Assembly: GCA_963799845.1 (NCBI GenBank)
Contig: CAWCYI010000004.1
Coordinates: forward strand, 64,001-128,000
From: an uncultured Nitrososphaerota archaeon
GTDB taxonomy: Archaea; Thermoproteota; Nitrososphaeria; Nitrososphaerales; CADDZS01
Length of the DNA stretch: 64,000 nt
Reading direction: 5' to 3'
Shown in pieces: positions 1-10,780 of the stretch. Within the stretch, counting starts at the first letter, position 1. Each line of letters opens with the position of its first letter. Below the pieces are notes generated by a model. It ran no database searches, was not told the DNA's origin, and saw only the letters and a program-made list of their open reading frames with translations. The position numbers were made by a program, and so were the translations under genes.

Positions 1-620
1 AAATCGGCTTCTTGAAAGATGAGCTTGACACCGAGCGAGTCGAAGAAGATCTTGTGTCGCATACTCTTGGAAAGCTATCCGAGACGGCGAAAGAGGAGCT
101 GGAACTTTTAGGTGTGAAACTTGAGAAGCCCAGCACTCCATTTCCTGAAATTAGGTTCCCCGAAGTATACGACATTTTGAGAGAGTACGGCAAGATCATC
201 CCATTCGGAGAAGAGCCTAATCGAGAGGGAGAAGCCATACTCGCGAAGCATGTAAAGGAAAAGACAAAATCAGATTTCTTCTTTGAGAACAGGTTTCCGT
301 TCAACGTGAAGCCGTTCTATGTCATGCGTGATGATGCCGATCCGAGGTGGGCGAGAAGTGTTGACCTCGTTTACAAAGGCTTGGAACTCTCGTCAGGTGG
401 CCAAAGGGAACACCGACATGCCAAGTTGATGGAACAGGTGAAGATCAAGGGCCTGGACGAATCCCAGATATCTTGGTTTACTGAAAACTTCCGCTACGGG
501 GTACCGCCCCACGGCGGTTTTGCTCTCGGAGTTGAACGGACAATCATGCAGACGCTAGGGATTGAAAATATCCGGGAAGTATGCCTGTTCCCGAGAACGC
601 CTGAAAGACTAAAGCCCTAG
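1..620 (+). CDS. aspS: Aspartyl-tRNA synthetase, archaeal (C-terminal part; begins before window)
   Basis: Class IIb motifs KPFY, ELSSGGQREH, GVPPHGGFALGVER and C-terminal LFPRTPERL. Confidence 0.93.
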   Translation, partial: IGFLKDELDTERVEEDLVSHTLGKLSETAKEELELLGVKLEKPSTPFPEIRFPEVYDILREYGKIIPFGEEPNREGEAILAKHVKEKTKSDFFFENRFPFNVKPFYVMRDDADPRWARSVDLVYKGLELSSGGQREHRHAKLMEQVKIKGLDESQISWFTENFRYGVPPHGGFALGVERTIMQTLGIENIREVCLFPRTPERLKP

Positions 621-1879
621 AGCGCCTTGAAGTTCTCAGCCCATTCCGCGTAAGCTTTCAACATTTGCGGTGAAACGCTGGGTTTTCTCAACTTCAGGAC
701 TTCCTTAAAGTCGTTGACATCGATTGCCCTCGGCTGGACTTCTTTGTTCTCAGACCCCGCCTCTTCAAAAAGCTCCCCGACAACTCTCAGCTGAACCGAT
801 TGGCATATGTCTCTGATGTCGGATCCGGAGTAACCATCGGTCATTCTTGAAAGGTCATCGATCCTCAATTCGCTATCTGTCTTGAGTGGCGTTGTATACT
901 GCCTGAGCATTTGAGTTCTCGCTCGGATGTCCGGCAGCGGGACGTAAATCCTCTTCTGGAAACGTCTGAGGAAAGGCCAATCAAGCGCCCAGGGCTTGTT
1001 CGTTGCGCCGATGACATAGAGATGGATGTGCTTCCCCTTATCCGAGATTCCGTCCATCTCTTTCAGGAACTGGTTTCGGACTCGCACCTCTCCGCCGACC
1101 TCGTTAGACCTAGATCCTAAAATCGAGTCAAGCTCGTCGATGAAGACTATTACGGACTTTGCATCCTTTTCCAACAATTTGCGAGCAGAATTGAACAGCT
1201 TTGCTACGTTCTTTTCGCCCTCTCCAAGCCACTTTGACATTATTGAGGCGGCATCGACGGTGATAAAATAACTGTCAATCTCAGATGCAGTTGCGGCAGC
1301 AAGCAGGGTTTTACCGCATCCGGGCGGCCCGTACATCAATAATCCTCGGGGCCATCCGAGAGGAAATAGATCGGGTCTTTGAACAGGAAAAATAATTGAT
1401 TCCCTCAAAGCTTTCTTTGAATCTTCGAGCCCGACTACTTCGTCCCAACGGACGTTTGGTTTCTCTTTCATTATGAGGTCGTTATAGTTGGCCTTCAGTT
1501 GCTGGACGACCTGCGGGGATGATCCTCTGTCGTCTACCGGGGACGCAGGAGGGGAAGGAGTTGTGCCCTTAGGAGAATATCCTGATCTAGTCGGCGGAGT
1601 GAATGTGAATCCCGAAGACATGTCGTCCTCGGCCGGGGGCTCTATTCCGTGCGCCGATTGAAGCGCCTTTACTCTTTCCTGGTAAAGCTGGGCTCTCTGC
1701 AAATACATGCTGTTGAGTTTGTAATCGGGATAAAGTTGGGCGAGCTGTACTAGAGTCTGAATAGCGTTCTGGTAGTTCTTTATGGCCATTCCTCGAGCGC
1801 CCTGGGAGTCAAACCGAATAGCCTCCGAAGCGTACTTCTGGGCCGCTCCCTCCAAGACCTTAGCAGCGTTGTCGCTCAA
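617..1879 (-). CDS. cdvC: Vps4-like AAA+ ATPase CdvC
   Basis: N-terminal MIT domain, LFPLGWPRG, Walker A GPPGCGKT, Walker B FIDE, RRFQKRIYVPLP; adjacent to ESCRT-III genes. Confidence 0.95.
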   Translation of the reverse strand: MSDNAAKVLEGAAQKYASEAIRFDSQGARGMAIKNYQNAIQTLVQLAQLYPDYKLNSMYLQRAQLYQERVKALQSAHGIEPPAEDDMSSGFTFTPPTRSGYSPKGTTPSPPASPVDDRGSSPQVVQQLKANYNDLIMKEKPNVRWDEVVGLEDSKKALRESIIFPVQRPDLFPLGWPRGLLMYGPPGCGKTLLAAATASEIDSYFITVDAASIMSKWLGEGEKNVAKLFNSARKLLEKDAKSVIVFIDELDSILGSRSNEVGGEVRVRNQFLKEMDGISDKGKHIHLYVIGATNKPWALDWPFLRRFQKRIYVPLPDIRARTQMLRQYTTPLKTDSELRIDDLSRMTDGYSGSDIRDICQSVQLRVVGELFEEAGSENKEVQPRAIDVNDFKEVLKLRKPSVSPQMLKAYAEWAENFKAL

Positions 1880-1949
1880 CAGTTAGACTCCCCATTATTC
1901 TTTACAACCGATTTCGAATAACCCATTTCAAAAATCAACCAAGAATTCA

Positions 1950-2846
1950 CTAATTTCCAGTCTGTCTCGTACTGTTAGAATGACTGAAGAACCGCTTGTC
2001 TGACAAGACTTTGATGTATGCTTGTTCAACAAGATCGACAGGGAGATTGAGTTGAGCTGACGCATCAGCTGCGTCAAATTTCGAACCGGTGGACTGGCTG
2101 ATGTACTTTCTTAGCGCGCTCTCAGGGTCCCTCTGTGAAACGCGCTCGAAACTGGTTCCTGATGAAATCAATTCTGGTTTGAACTCGTCCTCGCTTTCTT
2201 CCCCCTGATCATCACTGCCAGTTTCAAGCAATGCAATTCTTTTTGATTTTTCGAAAATGGACTCCTCGGTTGCTGTTTCTCTAAGTGATCTGGGCAGATT
2301 TTCCAGCTCCGACGTGCGATCTCCAATCAAGCGTTGAGCCTTTTCAAAGATGTCGTTGGGTGTGTCGGTCAGAGAAATATTCACATTCGGGGAAACCATT
2401 CTTAATTCCGTTAGGATATCCGAGAACGAGCCGTTAATCTCCGAGGCGGCCATCTCGATGTTTGGAGCAAACTCCGAAACTGATTTTCCAATCTTCTTGA
2501 CTGACTTGAAAGTATTCGAAAGAACCGACATAATGTCTCCGACATCCCGGATCGTCTCCAGTCTCACACTTATGTGAAGCAATGCGAGCTCTGATGCAAT
2601 AACCACCCTGATAATTTTTTGAAGCTCCCCGTGTTCTCCTTCAAGGACCCGTGCCCTCGTTTCATCATTTCTTTCGATTGCTCTAATTGTCGCATCGAAC
2701 ATTACCTTCCTTCTTTCTTCGAGCCTGAACTTCAACTGTTCAAGCTCTTTGCGTTGGCTATCGATCTGTCTAAGCGAGGAGTTTATCTTGTCTTTGAGGC
2801 CTCTGTCATTGTCACTCGAAGAAAAAACGCCCAAGGAAGGAGCCAA
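1950..2846 (-). CDS. ESCRT-III/CdvB-family paralogue with C-terminal winged-helix-like tail
   Basis: Snf7-like helical core (ALLHISVRLETIRDVGDI), acidic linker, C-terminal helical domain; upstream of cdvC. Confidence 0.8.
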   Translation of the reverse strand: MAPSLGVFSSSDNDRGLKDKINSSLRQIDSQRKELEQLKFRLEERRKVMFDATIRAIERNDETRARVLEGEHGELQKIIRVVIASELALLHISVRLETIRDVGDIMSVLSNTFKSVKKIGKSVSEFAPNIEMAASEINGSFSDILTELRMVSPNVNISLTDTPNDIFEKAQRLIGDRTSELENLPRSLRETATEESIFEKSKRIALLETGSDDQGEESEDEFKPELISSGTSFERVSQRDPESALRKYISQSTGSKFDAADASAQLNLPVDLVEQAYIKVLSDKRFFSHSNSTRQTGN

Positions 2847-3094
2847 TTAACAAAAACTCCACACTTTCATGTTCTTTTGTTCTCGGTCATCTCTGGGATC
2901 TTTTAGCTAAGGCAAGCCATCCAGTTAGTAAGTGAGGGACGTCGAATGTCACCTCGAACAAAGGCGAAGAGAGCTTCCGCCTCAGCTGGAAACAATCTAT
3001 TTGCCTTGATCTTTCATCAAGTTCCTGGAACATTAATTTAATATCTGGTTCGTCCGGAAGTTTTCTCCAAATCCTTGCATTGAAAATGAGAAAA

Positions 3095-3137
3095 AAGAAA
3101 GAGAGAATCTGCGCTTTTTGGGCACAGATTGCTCTCG
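3095..3137 (-). terminator. Hairpin followed by T-rich tract downstream of the Snf7 gene
   Basis: Minus strand GAGAGCAATCTG...CAGATTCTCTC followed by TTTCTTTTTTCT. Confidence 0.45.
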
Positions 3138-3156
3138 TTTTTTGGTTCCCACTATC

Positions 3157-3801
3157 TTACGAGAAACCTGCTGCCTCTGACCCTGTGGGGACTGAGGATG
3201 GCAGATCTGGGAATTTGTCGCGCATTCTCTGCTCAGCGACCGCGCCGGCTTCAGACAAGATCTTGTCTGCTTCTTCGTTCGCAGACTCGAAGTTGATTAC
3301 GCCTGCACCTAGTTGTCCTGCATCGACGAGGATGCTGCTGAGTAGTCCAGAAATCTCCCCGATTTCGGCCTCTGCCTCGGGAATCACGCTCACTAGACCT
3401 GATCTGACGTTTCGTATAACGCCCATCGCAGGTGATAGTGTTACGACGATGTCGCCGAGTTCTTGAACGGTGTTGAGTCTCAGTGTTATCTGTTCCAGAG
3501 CAAGCTTTGCCTGAGTCACAAGCTTGTTCATTTTTCGGACTTCTGATAGTTCGTTCGCAAGAATGTTAGCGTGCTGAGTATCGTGCTTCTGAATTGCCGC
3601 GACGACCTTGTTGAAGATCGACGAGTCTCTTTCTCTTAGCTTTGCAGAAGTAGCATCTAGTTTAGCGATCTGCACTTGTATCTGTCGTCCGGCCTGCTCA
3701 AGACGTGGTTTGAGTGGTCCCGGTGATTTTATTGTATCTCTGACACGAGAGCTTAGGCCCTCGGACGAGGATTTCTGCCATTTGGACGAAAACTGTGACA
3801 T
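3157..3801 (-). CDS. cdvB: ESCRT-III/Snf7-family protein (CdvB paralogue)
   Basis: LANELSEVRKM, KLALEQITLRLNTVQELGDIVVTLSPA; likely start is ATG at 3801 (MSQFSSKW) rather than 3867; paralogue subtype uncertain. Confidence 0.88.
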   Translation of the reverse strand: MSQFSSKWQKSSSEGLSSRVRDTIKSPGPLKPRLEQAGRQIQVQIAKLDATSAKLRERDSSIFNKVVAAIQKHDTQHANILANELSEVRKMNKLVTQAKLALEQITLRLNTVQELGDIVVTLSPAMGVIRNVRSGLVSVIPEAEAEIGEISGLLSSILVDAGQLGAGVINFESANEEADKILSEAGAVAEQRMRDKFPDLPSSVPTGSEAAGFS

Positions 3802-4131
3802 TCGGTTTGCACCAGAATACCCACCTGCGTTGATCAACGATAACGGTCTGGGTAAAATAGCGTTCACTTTGCGCTAAAAATTATCAACTAGTTTTGACCA
3901 GGCACAAATCACATCTCATTAGTCCTGCCATATCCCATCTCACAAAACTTCTAAATATGCCGGGGGAACCTTCTGTTTTCGGTAACAAGTTTGGGTGACT
4001 ACCAAATCCGTCGGCGCTTTCCATAAGTCGACTGGCACGAATTTTTCATCTCCTCAGTTTCAAACTTTGCATGCGGATATTATGTCAGACAATCGTGTAA
4101 TCTCAATAACCACGGGAGGTCGGCACACATT

Positions 4132-7100
4132 TTGACAATGGTATCTTCTGAGAAGGTACAGCCTATTCTCTCAAGCTCCTACAACGGAAAGCTGATCGAA
4201 GATGAGATTCGTCAGAGATGGAAGAATGAGAATCTTCGAGAGAAAATTCATCAAAAATTTTCGAAAAAACGACCGAAAGAGGTAGGTTACGTAGACGGCC
4301 CTCCCACTCTCAATGGGGAACCGCACATGGGCCATCTTAGAGGCCGTGTGATGAAAGACCTCTGGTACCGTTTTGAGACCATACGAGGATTATACATAGA
4401 TTTCAAAGGGGGCTGGGACTGCCAGGGGCTCCCTGTAGAACTACAAGCTGAGAAAGAACTTGGGCTTACGGGAAACAAGACGAGCAATCTCAAGGCGATA
4501 GGTGAAGAAACTCTAGTCGAAGCCTGCAAAAAGATGGTGATTCGTTATCATTCGATATGGAGAGATTCGGATGAAAAAATTGGCTTGATGATCGACGATG
4601 AGAAAGCTTACTGGACTTATCGTGATCAATACATCGAAAGAGAGTGGCACATTCTAAAGTCCGCGTGGCAGAACGGTATTCTGTCAGAGGGATATCGCGT
4701 CACTCCATTCTGCCCCAGCTGCCAGACATCGCTGAGCGCGGGCGAGGTAGCGCTAGGCGGATACGAAAACTTGGAAGATCCGTCCATGTACTTCAAAATG
4801 AGGATTCGTGGGGAGGATTCTACCTTCCTTGTGGCGTGGACTACAATGCCATTTACTGTAATTACCGACGAGCTTGTAGGGGTAAAGCCCGAGTCTGATT
4901 ACTGCTTCGTAAGCGTTCCCGCGCCGAATGGAACTCGGGAGACTTGGATTGTCGGAGCCGATCGCCTCGAAGGATTGATGAAGGAGCTTCGGATTCAGAG
5001 CTTCGAAGTATCGAAGAAGGTTAAGGGGAGCGAGCTCGAGGGAAAAAGATACGACTATCCGCTCACAGATCTGGTCCCGGAACAAGGGAGGATAGATTCT
5101 GAAAACGATCTCGTACACTCGATAGTTGCCGAGGAGTTTGTAGATGTCACTACTGGTTCCGGCCTCGTTCACATGGCCCCGGCTAACGGCGAGGATGATT
5201 TTGAAGTATCGCAGAGAAGACATATTCCGATTTTCAATCCTATAGATGACCAGGCAGTTTTCACGGAAAAGGCAGGAGCTTTTTCCGGCCTATTCGTTCG
5301 CGATTCTGACCAAAAAGTCGGAGACGCCCTGAAAGAAAGGGGATCTCTCTTGCGATATGGAAAATTGAAGCATGAGTATCCGGTCTGCTGGCGTTCCGGA
5401 CACAGACTGGTGTGGCTTGCAAGGCGGGAGTACTTTTACTTCGTTGATAGACTGAAGAACCTCGCCGTCGATGGTGCAAGCAACGTCGAGTATTATTACG
5501 ATCCACCTCGAAACAGGTTCATCGAAATAGTGAAGGAAAAAAGGGCTTGGTGCATTTCACGAGAAAGAGTCTGGGGGACGCCGCTCCCCGTCTGGAAGTG
5601 CGATAATTGCTCCGATAAATTAGGGCTGTTCTCCCGCGAAGATATAGTTCAGCGCGCTAAATCGCTTCCTGATGGCCCTAATTTTGAGCTTCACAGGCCG
5701 TGGGTCGATCGGATAATTGTGGCATGTCCAAAGTGCGGCGGCGACATGAGGAGAGAGCCTTTTGTCCTGGACACTTGGCACAACAGCGGAGCCGCTCCGT
5801 ATGCGGCTCACACCGACAAGGAGTATCACGATTACGTGCCCATGCCCTTCCTCACCGAGGGGATAGACCAAACAAGGGGCTGGGCGTACAGCCTTCTGAT
5901 CGAAAACGTGATCTTGTCAATGAAAGCACAATCTCCTTACGATGCATTTCTCTTCATGGGGCACGTCCTAGACGAAAATGGAGAGAAACTCAGCAAGAGC
6001 AAGGGAAACTTTGTTCCGGTTCGTGAGCTGCTCGATGCAAATTCAGTTGATCTGATTAGATTATATTTGAACTGGAAGGCAAGCCCGATAGACTCAATAA
6101 ACTTCAGCAGAGCAGAGATGCTTACAAGACCTTATCAGATTCTCAGTACGCTTTACCACATGCACGTGTTCTATCTGCAGAACGCCAGTTTTGACGGGTT
6201 TTCATTTTCATTCGATGAATCCATGAAGCGCTTGGAAAAAGCTGACGAATCCGTCTTCAAAAAACAGGATAAGTGGCTGCTCTCAAAACTCGGCCTCTTG
6301 ATCGACGATTGTACAGAAGCTTATGCCGAGGCCCAGTATCATGAAGCAGCGAGAGGGATCGAAAATTTTCTGATAGACCTCCTGAGCCAGACCTACGTCC
6401 CGATCGTTCGCGGAGAGATGTGGGAGGAGAACGAGGAAAGCAGGAACCGACGGCAGATCATTTACTCCGTCCTCGGGATCGTTCTGTATCAGGTTGATCT
6501 AATGCTTCATCCGATATCTCCCTTTGTTACCGATTATCTGGCTGCCAAATGTTTCGATGTAGATTATCTTCTTTTGAAAGAGTGGCCCCAGTCAGAGGCA
6601 AGATTCCGAAACAACCGACTCGAATCGGAATTTGACGTTTTATCCAAACTAGTGTCTCTCACAAATTCCGCAAGGATGAAGGCGAAAGTAAAGAGGCGGT
6701 GGCCGCTCAGTAAGGCAATCTACCTGATGGCAGAACCAGAAAGCGAACTCGTAGTTTCGAACAAGAAATTGCTTCTCGAGCAGGTCAATCTGGTCGATGT
6801 CGAATTTGAAACCGACCCCAAGAGAACGCCGATCAAGGTTTCTGTCAAGCCAAACTATCAACTCGTCGCGCCGAAGGTCAAAAGCAGAATGAACGAGCTT
6901 TCGTCCAAGCTTGCGGCTACCGACGCTGCATGGCTTTTCAATCAGATTTCGGAAGAGGGAAAGGCAAGGCTTCCTGAAATGCCCGATTTCGATTTGACGG
7001 AATCCGATGTTATTTTTGAGTTCTCGGCGGCGGATCCCAAGTTTGTAGTTGCCGAGAATTTTGGAATCGTGGTCGCTCTTGACACTTCCCGCGATGATGA

Positions 7101-7371
7101 CCTCATAGCCCAGGGAATCCTCAGAGACTTGGCGAGAAACCTGCAGTCACTTCGGAAGCAGAAGGGATTCAATCCCACCGATGTTTTGGATTCTGCAAAG
7201 ATAGCTGGCTTGGGAGAACAGACGGTTCAGCTGATTAAATCCAAGACCGACGAGCTTGCATTCCTAGTGAGGGTAAAGAAGGTCGAACTTTCTCCAGAAC
7301 TCCCTGCTGAAAGTGAAGGATGGACGAAAGCAGAGATAGACGGCGCGGAAATCAGAATAGACATTTCTTAG
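4132..7371 (+). CDS. ileS: Isoleucyl-tRNA synthetase
   Basis: DGPPTLNGEPHMGH, GWDCQGLPVE, WTTMPFT editing domain, WCISRERVWGTPLP, KLSKS. Confidence 0.96.
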   Translation: MTMVSSEKVQPILSSSYNGKLIEDEIRQRWKNENLREKIHQKFSKKRPKEVGYVDGPPTLNGEPHMGHLRGRVMKDLWYRFETIRGLYIDFKGGWDCQGLPVELQAEKELGLTGNKTSNLKAIGEETLVEACKKMVIRYHSIWRDSDEKIGLMIDDEKAYWTYRDQYIEREWHILKSAWQNGILSEGYRVTPFCPSCQTSLSAGEVALGGYENLEDPSMYFKMRIRGEDSTFLVAWTTMPFTVITDELVGVKPESDYCFVSVPAPNGTRETWIVGADRLEGLMKELRIQSFEVSKKVKGSELEGKRYDYPLTDLVPEQGRIDSENDLVHSIVAEEFVDVTTGSGLVHMAPANGEDDFEVSQRRHIPIFNPIDDQAVFTEKAGAFSGLFVRDSDQKVGDALKERGSLLRYGKLKHEYPVCWRSGHRLVWLARREYFYFVDRLKNLAVDGASNVEYYYDPPRNRFIEIVKEKRAWCISRERVWGTPLPVWKCDNCSDKLGLFSREDIVQRAKSLPDGPNFELHRPWVDRIIVACPKCGGDMRREPFVLDTWHNSGAAPYAAHTDKEYHDYVPMPFLTEGIDQTRGWAYSLLIENVILSMKAQSPYDAFLFMGHVLDENGEKLSKSKGNFVPVRELLDANSVDLIRLYLNWKASPIDSINFSRAEMLTRPYQILSTLYHMHVFYLQNASFDGFSFSFDESMKRLEKADESVFKKQDKWLLSKLGLLIDDCTEAYAEAQYHEAARGIENFLIDLLSQTYVPIVRGEMWEENEESRNRRQIIYSVLGIVLYQVDLMLHPISPFVTDYLAAKCFDVDYLLLKEWPQSEARFRNNRLESEFDVLSKLVSLTNSARMKAKVKRRWPLSKAIYLMAEPESELVVSNKKLLLEQVNLVDVEFETDPKRTPIKVSVKPNYQLVAPKVKSRMNELSSKLAATDAAWLFNQISEEGKARLPEMPDFDLTESDVIFEFSAADPKFVVAENFGIVVALDTSRDDDLIAQGILRDLARNLQSLRKQKGFNPTDVLDSAKIAGLGEQTVQLIKSKTDELAFLVRVKKVELSPELPAESEGWTKAEIDGAEIRIDIS

Positions 7372-7380
7372 AGCTCGGGT

Positions 7381-8421
7381 TTAGGCATAGCTCGCTAGAG
7401 TGCTCTGTTCAATACCTTCAAGCGGCTCAGCGTCAAATCCCAGAAACTTCAAGTGCTCTGCGAACTCGGCCGCAAATCCGTGGACAGTGTAGATTTTTGA
7501 CGGGTCGCAATACTTCGCGAGCTGTACGAGTTCATTAAAATCACAGTGATCGCTCAGATCGAACGCATAATCTACGCCCATCATGTAGCCGTACCGCGGT
7601 TCCACAGCCCATCCTGTGAAAGCGATCACCACTGCCCCGTAATTTTCTCTCATTGATTTGATGAATTGAGATCTTCCAGATGATGCAGGCGAAATGATGA
7701 TCCACGGACGCCTTTGAAGTAGAAAGCTTTGCTTGCCAACGCTTCCGCAAAAGTTATGCCTTGGTATCTCCACTCCGAGATCAATGTGAGCCTCATTCAT
7801 CTTGTGCACCGATTCGTGGAGATATACCGGCTCCCAGTTTCTAAAAAGATACGTGATCAGCTGCGCCTTACCCAGCGGGTACCCAGTTAATACCACGGGG
7901 CGGCATCTATCGAAACAATCTGCGATCAACCTGTTGACCCTGGATACTATCTTAGCTGTCTCGTTGAAGACATATCTCGGATGGCCGTAAGTAGTTTCCA
8001 TGATGAGCGTGTCGCATTTGACACCTGGAGACCCTTTGAGGAACCCCCGATCCCGCGTCGAAAAGTCTCCAGTGTAAAACACGCTGTCTTCTACCAGAAT
8101 TGCCCTCGAACCCAAAATATGACCAGCGTCTGTCAGGTCAATCCCAGCTAGGCTGTCTACGGCTTCCTTGAGATCGTACCCGCGTGCCCTTGCTAGCGTA
8201 ACGGTCTCGTTGCTTGCAATCAGCTTGGATTTACCATCAGGAGTATGAACGTGGTCTATGTGAGCATGGGAAACGAAAGAATAATCGGCCTTTGAAGCAC
8301 GTCTGGGGTCGAGTGCGATGCTTTTGGAAGATGTTCGAACAAGAATTCCTCCTCTGTGAGTTACTGAGATCTTTTTCCCAGAACGAGATCTGATTGTGGT
8401 TTCCGTTCTTTGTTCCCTCAT
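7381..8421 (-). CDS. Metallo-beta-lactamase/beta-CASP-fold exonuclease
   Basis: SHAHIDH, AGHILGS, YTGD, ETTYG, LSDHCDF, VHG motifs; start likely ATG 8421. Confidence 0.88.
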   Translation of the reverse strand: MREQRTETTIRSRSGKKISVTHRGGILVRTSSKSIALDPRRASKADYSFVSHAHIDHVHTPDGKSKLIASNETVTLARARGYDLKEAVDSLAGIDLTDAGHILGSRAILVEDSVFYTGDFSTRDRGFLKGSPGVKCDTLIMETTYGHPRYVFNETAKIVSRVNRLIADCFDRCRPVVLTGYPLGKAQLITYLFRNWEPVYLHESVHKMNEAHIDLGVEIPRHNFCGSVGKQSFLLQRRPWIIISPASSGRSQFIKSMRENYGAVVIAFTGWAVEPRYGYMMGVDYAFDLSDHCDFNELVQLAKYCDPSKIYTVHGFAAEFAEHLKFLGFDAEPLEGIEQSTLASYA

Positions 8422-8586
8422 TTTCGAGCCTCCAAGACGTCGATTTGATGCGTCGAACCGCAAAACTCGCCGCTTGCGAGTCGCAAGAGCAAGCGAAACT
8501 TGCCTCTTAAACATGTTGGCCTTTTTTCGACCGATCGATAGCTAATGATTTTATCGAAGATTGAAAAGTTGTTCTTTCAATAGAAA

Positions 8587-9825
8587 ATGCCACTCGTAAG
8601 AATCGGTCTGATCGGAAAGACCAACACTGGAAAAACTACGTTCTACAACTCGGCGACTGCCCAGAGCGCTGAGGTGAGCAACTATGCTTTCACTACAAAG
8701 ACTCCAAACACCGGCGTGGGTCATGCTGCAACATTGTGCGTTCACAGGGAACTTGGAACCAAAACAGACAATCCGAGAAATTCTGTTTGTATTGATGGCT
8801 GGAGGATTATCCCGATTGAAATTATCGACCTCCCTGGTTTGATCAAAGGCGCGTGGCAGGGTCGAGGCCTCGGGAATCAATTTCTCTCGGTTGCCGCGCA
8901 ATCCGATGCTTTGCTTCACATAGTCGATGCTTCGGGCTCGATAGATGCAGACGGGAAAATTTCCAGCCCGGGAGTCGGCGATCCGGTAGCTGACATTGCC
9001 GACATCGAAGAGGAGCTTGCGATGTGGTATCTCAAAATCCTTGACAACAGTTTCGACAAGATCGTTCGCACGATGAAGGGTTCTCCAATGTCGGATTTTG
9101 GCGAGACGGTCAGCGAGCTGATGCAAGGAGTCGGCGTCAAGAGATCTCACGTAATTGAAGCCCTTGGCAGGCAAAAGCTGTACGGCGAGGAGGCAGAAAG
9201 GTGGACTGACGACCAGAGAAGAGAATTTGCGTGGACTCTGAGAGAAGTCTCGAAGCCCACCTTGATAGTTGCAAACAAGATGGACGTGCCGGAAGCAACG
9301 AAAAACTTTGAGAAAATCAGGGAGAGTTATCACGACATGATAGTAGTTCCGGCGAGTGCTGAGTCTGAACTCACCCTCAGGAGGGCAGAGCAGAGCGGGG
9401 CGATACGATACCTTCCGGGAGAGGAACGATTCGACCTTGTAAAGGACGCGAAACTCACGGACAAGCAGCAGTGGGCCCTCTCTCACATCAGCAAAGCGAT
9501 CCTCGGGGAATACATGAGGACAGGAGTACAATTTGCCCTGAACGTAGCTGTATTCAAGCTGCTGAGAATGAACGCAGTATACCCGGTCTCCGATCCGACA
9601 AAATTCTCAGACAATTCGGGTAACATCCTGCCGGATGTCTTCCTGATGCAAAGCGGGTCAACGGTGACTGATCTCGCGCACTCGATCCACTCCGACCTAG
9701 CACGAGGTCTGATTTATGCAGTGGATGCCCGGACTGGTCTGAGACTGCCGGTTGATTATCAGCTGAAAGATCGTGATGTTCTGTCAATCGTTTCAGCCAC
9801 CAAGAAATCAGAGAACAGGAAGTAG
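8587..9825 (+). CDS. ychF: OBG-family YchF-like GTPase/ATPase with TGS domain
   Basis: GKTNTGKTT, YAFTT, DLPGL, GRGLGNQFL, NKMD, C-terminal TGS (IHSDL). Confidence 0.92.
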   Translation: MPLVRIGLIGKTNTGKTTFYNSATAQSAEVSNYAFTTKTPNTGVGHAATLCVHRELGTKTDNPRNSVCIDGWRIIPIEIIDLPGLIKGAWQGRGLGNQFLSVAAQSDALLHIVDASGSIDADGKISSPGVGDPVADIADIEEELAMWYLKILDNSFDKIVRTMKGSPMSDFGETVSELMQGVGVKRSHVIEALGRQKLYGEEAERWTDDQRREFAWTLREVSKPTLIVANKMDVPEATKNFEKIRESYHDMIVVPASAESELTLRRAEQSGAIRYLPGEERFDLVKDAKLTDKQQWALSHISKAILGEYMRTGVQFALNVAVFKLLRMNAVYPVSDPTKFSDNSGNILPDVFLMQSGSTVTDLAHSIHSDLARGLIYAVDARTGLRLPVDYQLKDRDVLSIVSATKKSENRK

Positions 9826-9899
9826 CTTCTCAAGAAAGATCGTTCATGTTGAACGTGTGATCCTGAAGAATTCCTGATCATCATGGAAGGATTGCCTAA

Positions 9900-10778
9900 A
9901 TGAAATCTATCGGACTAGTCGGCATTGGGCAGATGGGAATGCCGATGGGAAAGAATCTTCTTCGGGTCGGATACGATCTTAAAATATACGCGAGACGTGT
10001 CGAGGCCCTTCACCCTCTTCTGGAGCTAGGTGCCAAATCAGTTGAGAGTCCCGAGTTCGTTTCGAAGAATTCGGAAATAATCGTGTTATCTCTTCCCGCG
10101 CCGCAGGATGTCATTGAAATCATCTTCGGCAATCATGGGCTTGCGTCTGGACTATCAGATGGGAAGACAGTAATCGACACTAGTACAATAGATCCAAAAT
10201 CGTCCAGAGAAATTGCGCACAGATTGAAGGAGATTGGTGTAAACTATCTCGATTCACCCGTGAGCGGAGGACCGGAAGGCGCTACAAGAGCATCACTTAC
10301 GTTCATGGTTGGAGGCAGAAAAGTGACCTTCGAAAAATCCAACGAAATCTTCAGGGTACTTGGCAAGAACATTTTCTACATGGGTGAATCTGGCTCTGGG
10401 AGTGCGGCGAAGCTCGTCAACCAGCTTCTGGTTTCTTCCAACACTCTAGCGAGCGCAGAGGCAATGCAGCTTGCGAAGGCGCTCGGACTGGATTCGAGAC
10501 AGATTATTGAGGTAATTTCTACCAGCGCCGGCGACTCCTTCGCTTTCCGCAGAGTCTCCAAGAAAATAGCCGAAAGAGAATTCGGGGAAGGGTGGCAGAC
10601 CTACCTGCTGGAAAAGGACTTGCGACTTCTCCTCAAGACAAGCTCAGACCTCGGATTGCCCTCGATCAGCGTGAGAACTTCGCTCGAAGTATTTTCGAAA
10701 GCTGTAGCGGAAGGGCTGGGAAAAGTGGATACTTCGAGCGTGATCAAAATTCTTGACGGGATGAGGACTGACGGATAG
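9900..10778 (+). CDS. NAD(P)-dependent beta-hydroxyacid dehydrogenase (3-hydroxyisobutyrate/tartronate semialdehyde reductase family)
   Basis: GIGQMGMPMG Rossmann motif, DSPVSGG, catalytic KLVNQ, KDL. Confidence 0.9.
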   Translation: MKSIGLVGIGQMGMPMGKNLLRVGYDLKIYARRVEALHPLLELGAKSVESPEFVSKNSEIIVLSLPAPQDVIEIIFGNHGLASGLSDGKTVIDTSTIDPKSSREIAHRLKEIGVNYLDSPVSGGPEGATRASLTFMVGGRKVTFEKSNEIFRVLGKNIFYMGESGSGSAAKLVNQLLVSSNTLASAEAMQLAKALGLDSRQIIEVISTSAGDSFAFRRVSKKIAEREFGEGWQTYLLEKDLRLLLKTSSDLGLPSISVRTSLEVFSKAVAEGLGKVDTSSVIKILDGMRTDG

Positions 10779-10780
10779 AC

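Noticed and set aside
8551-9531. 326-aa minus-strand ORF (and many similar antisense ORFs)
   Set aside because: Antisense shadows of well-supported genes such as ychF
9826-9890. Possible C/D box sRNA (ATGATGA on minus strand)
   Set aside because: No properly placed CTGA D/D' boxes
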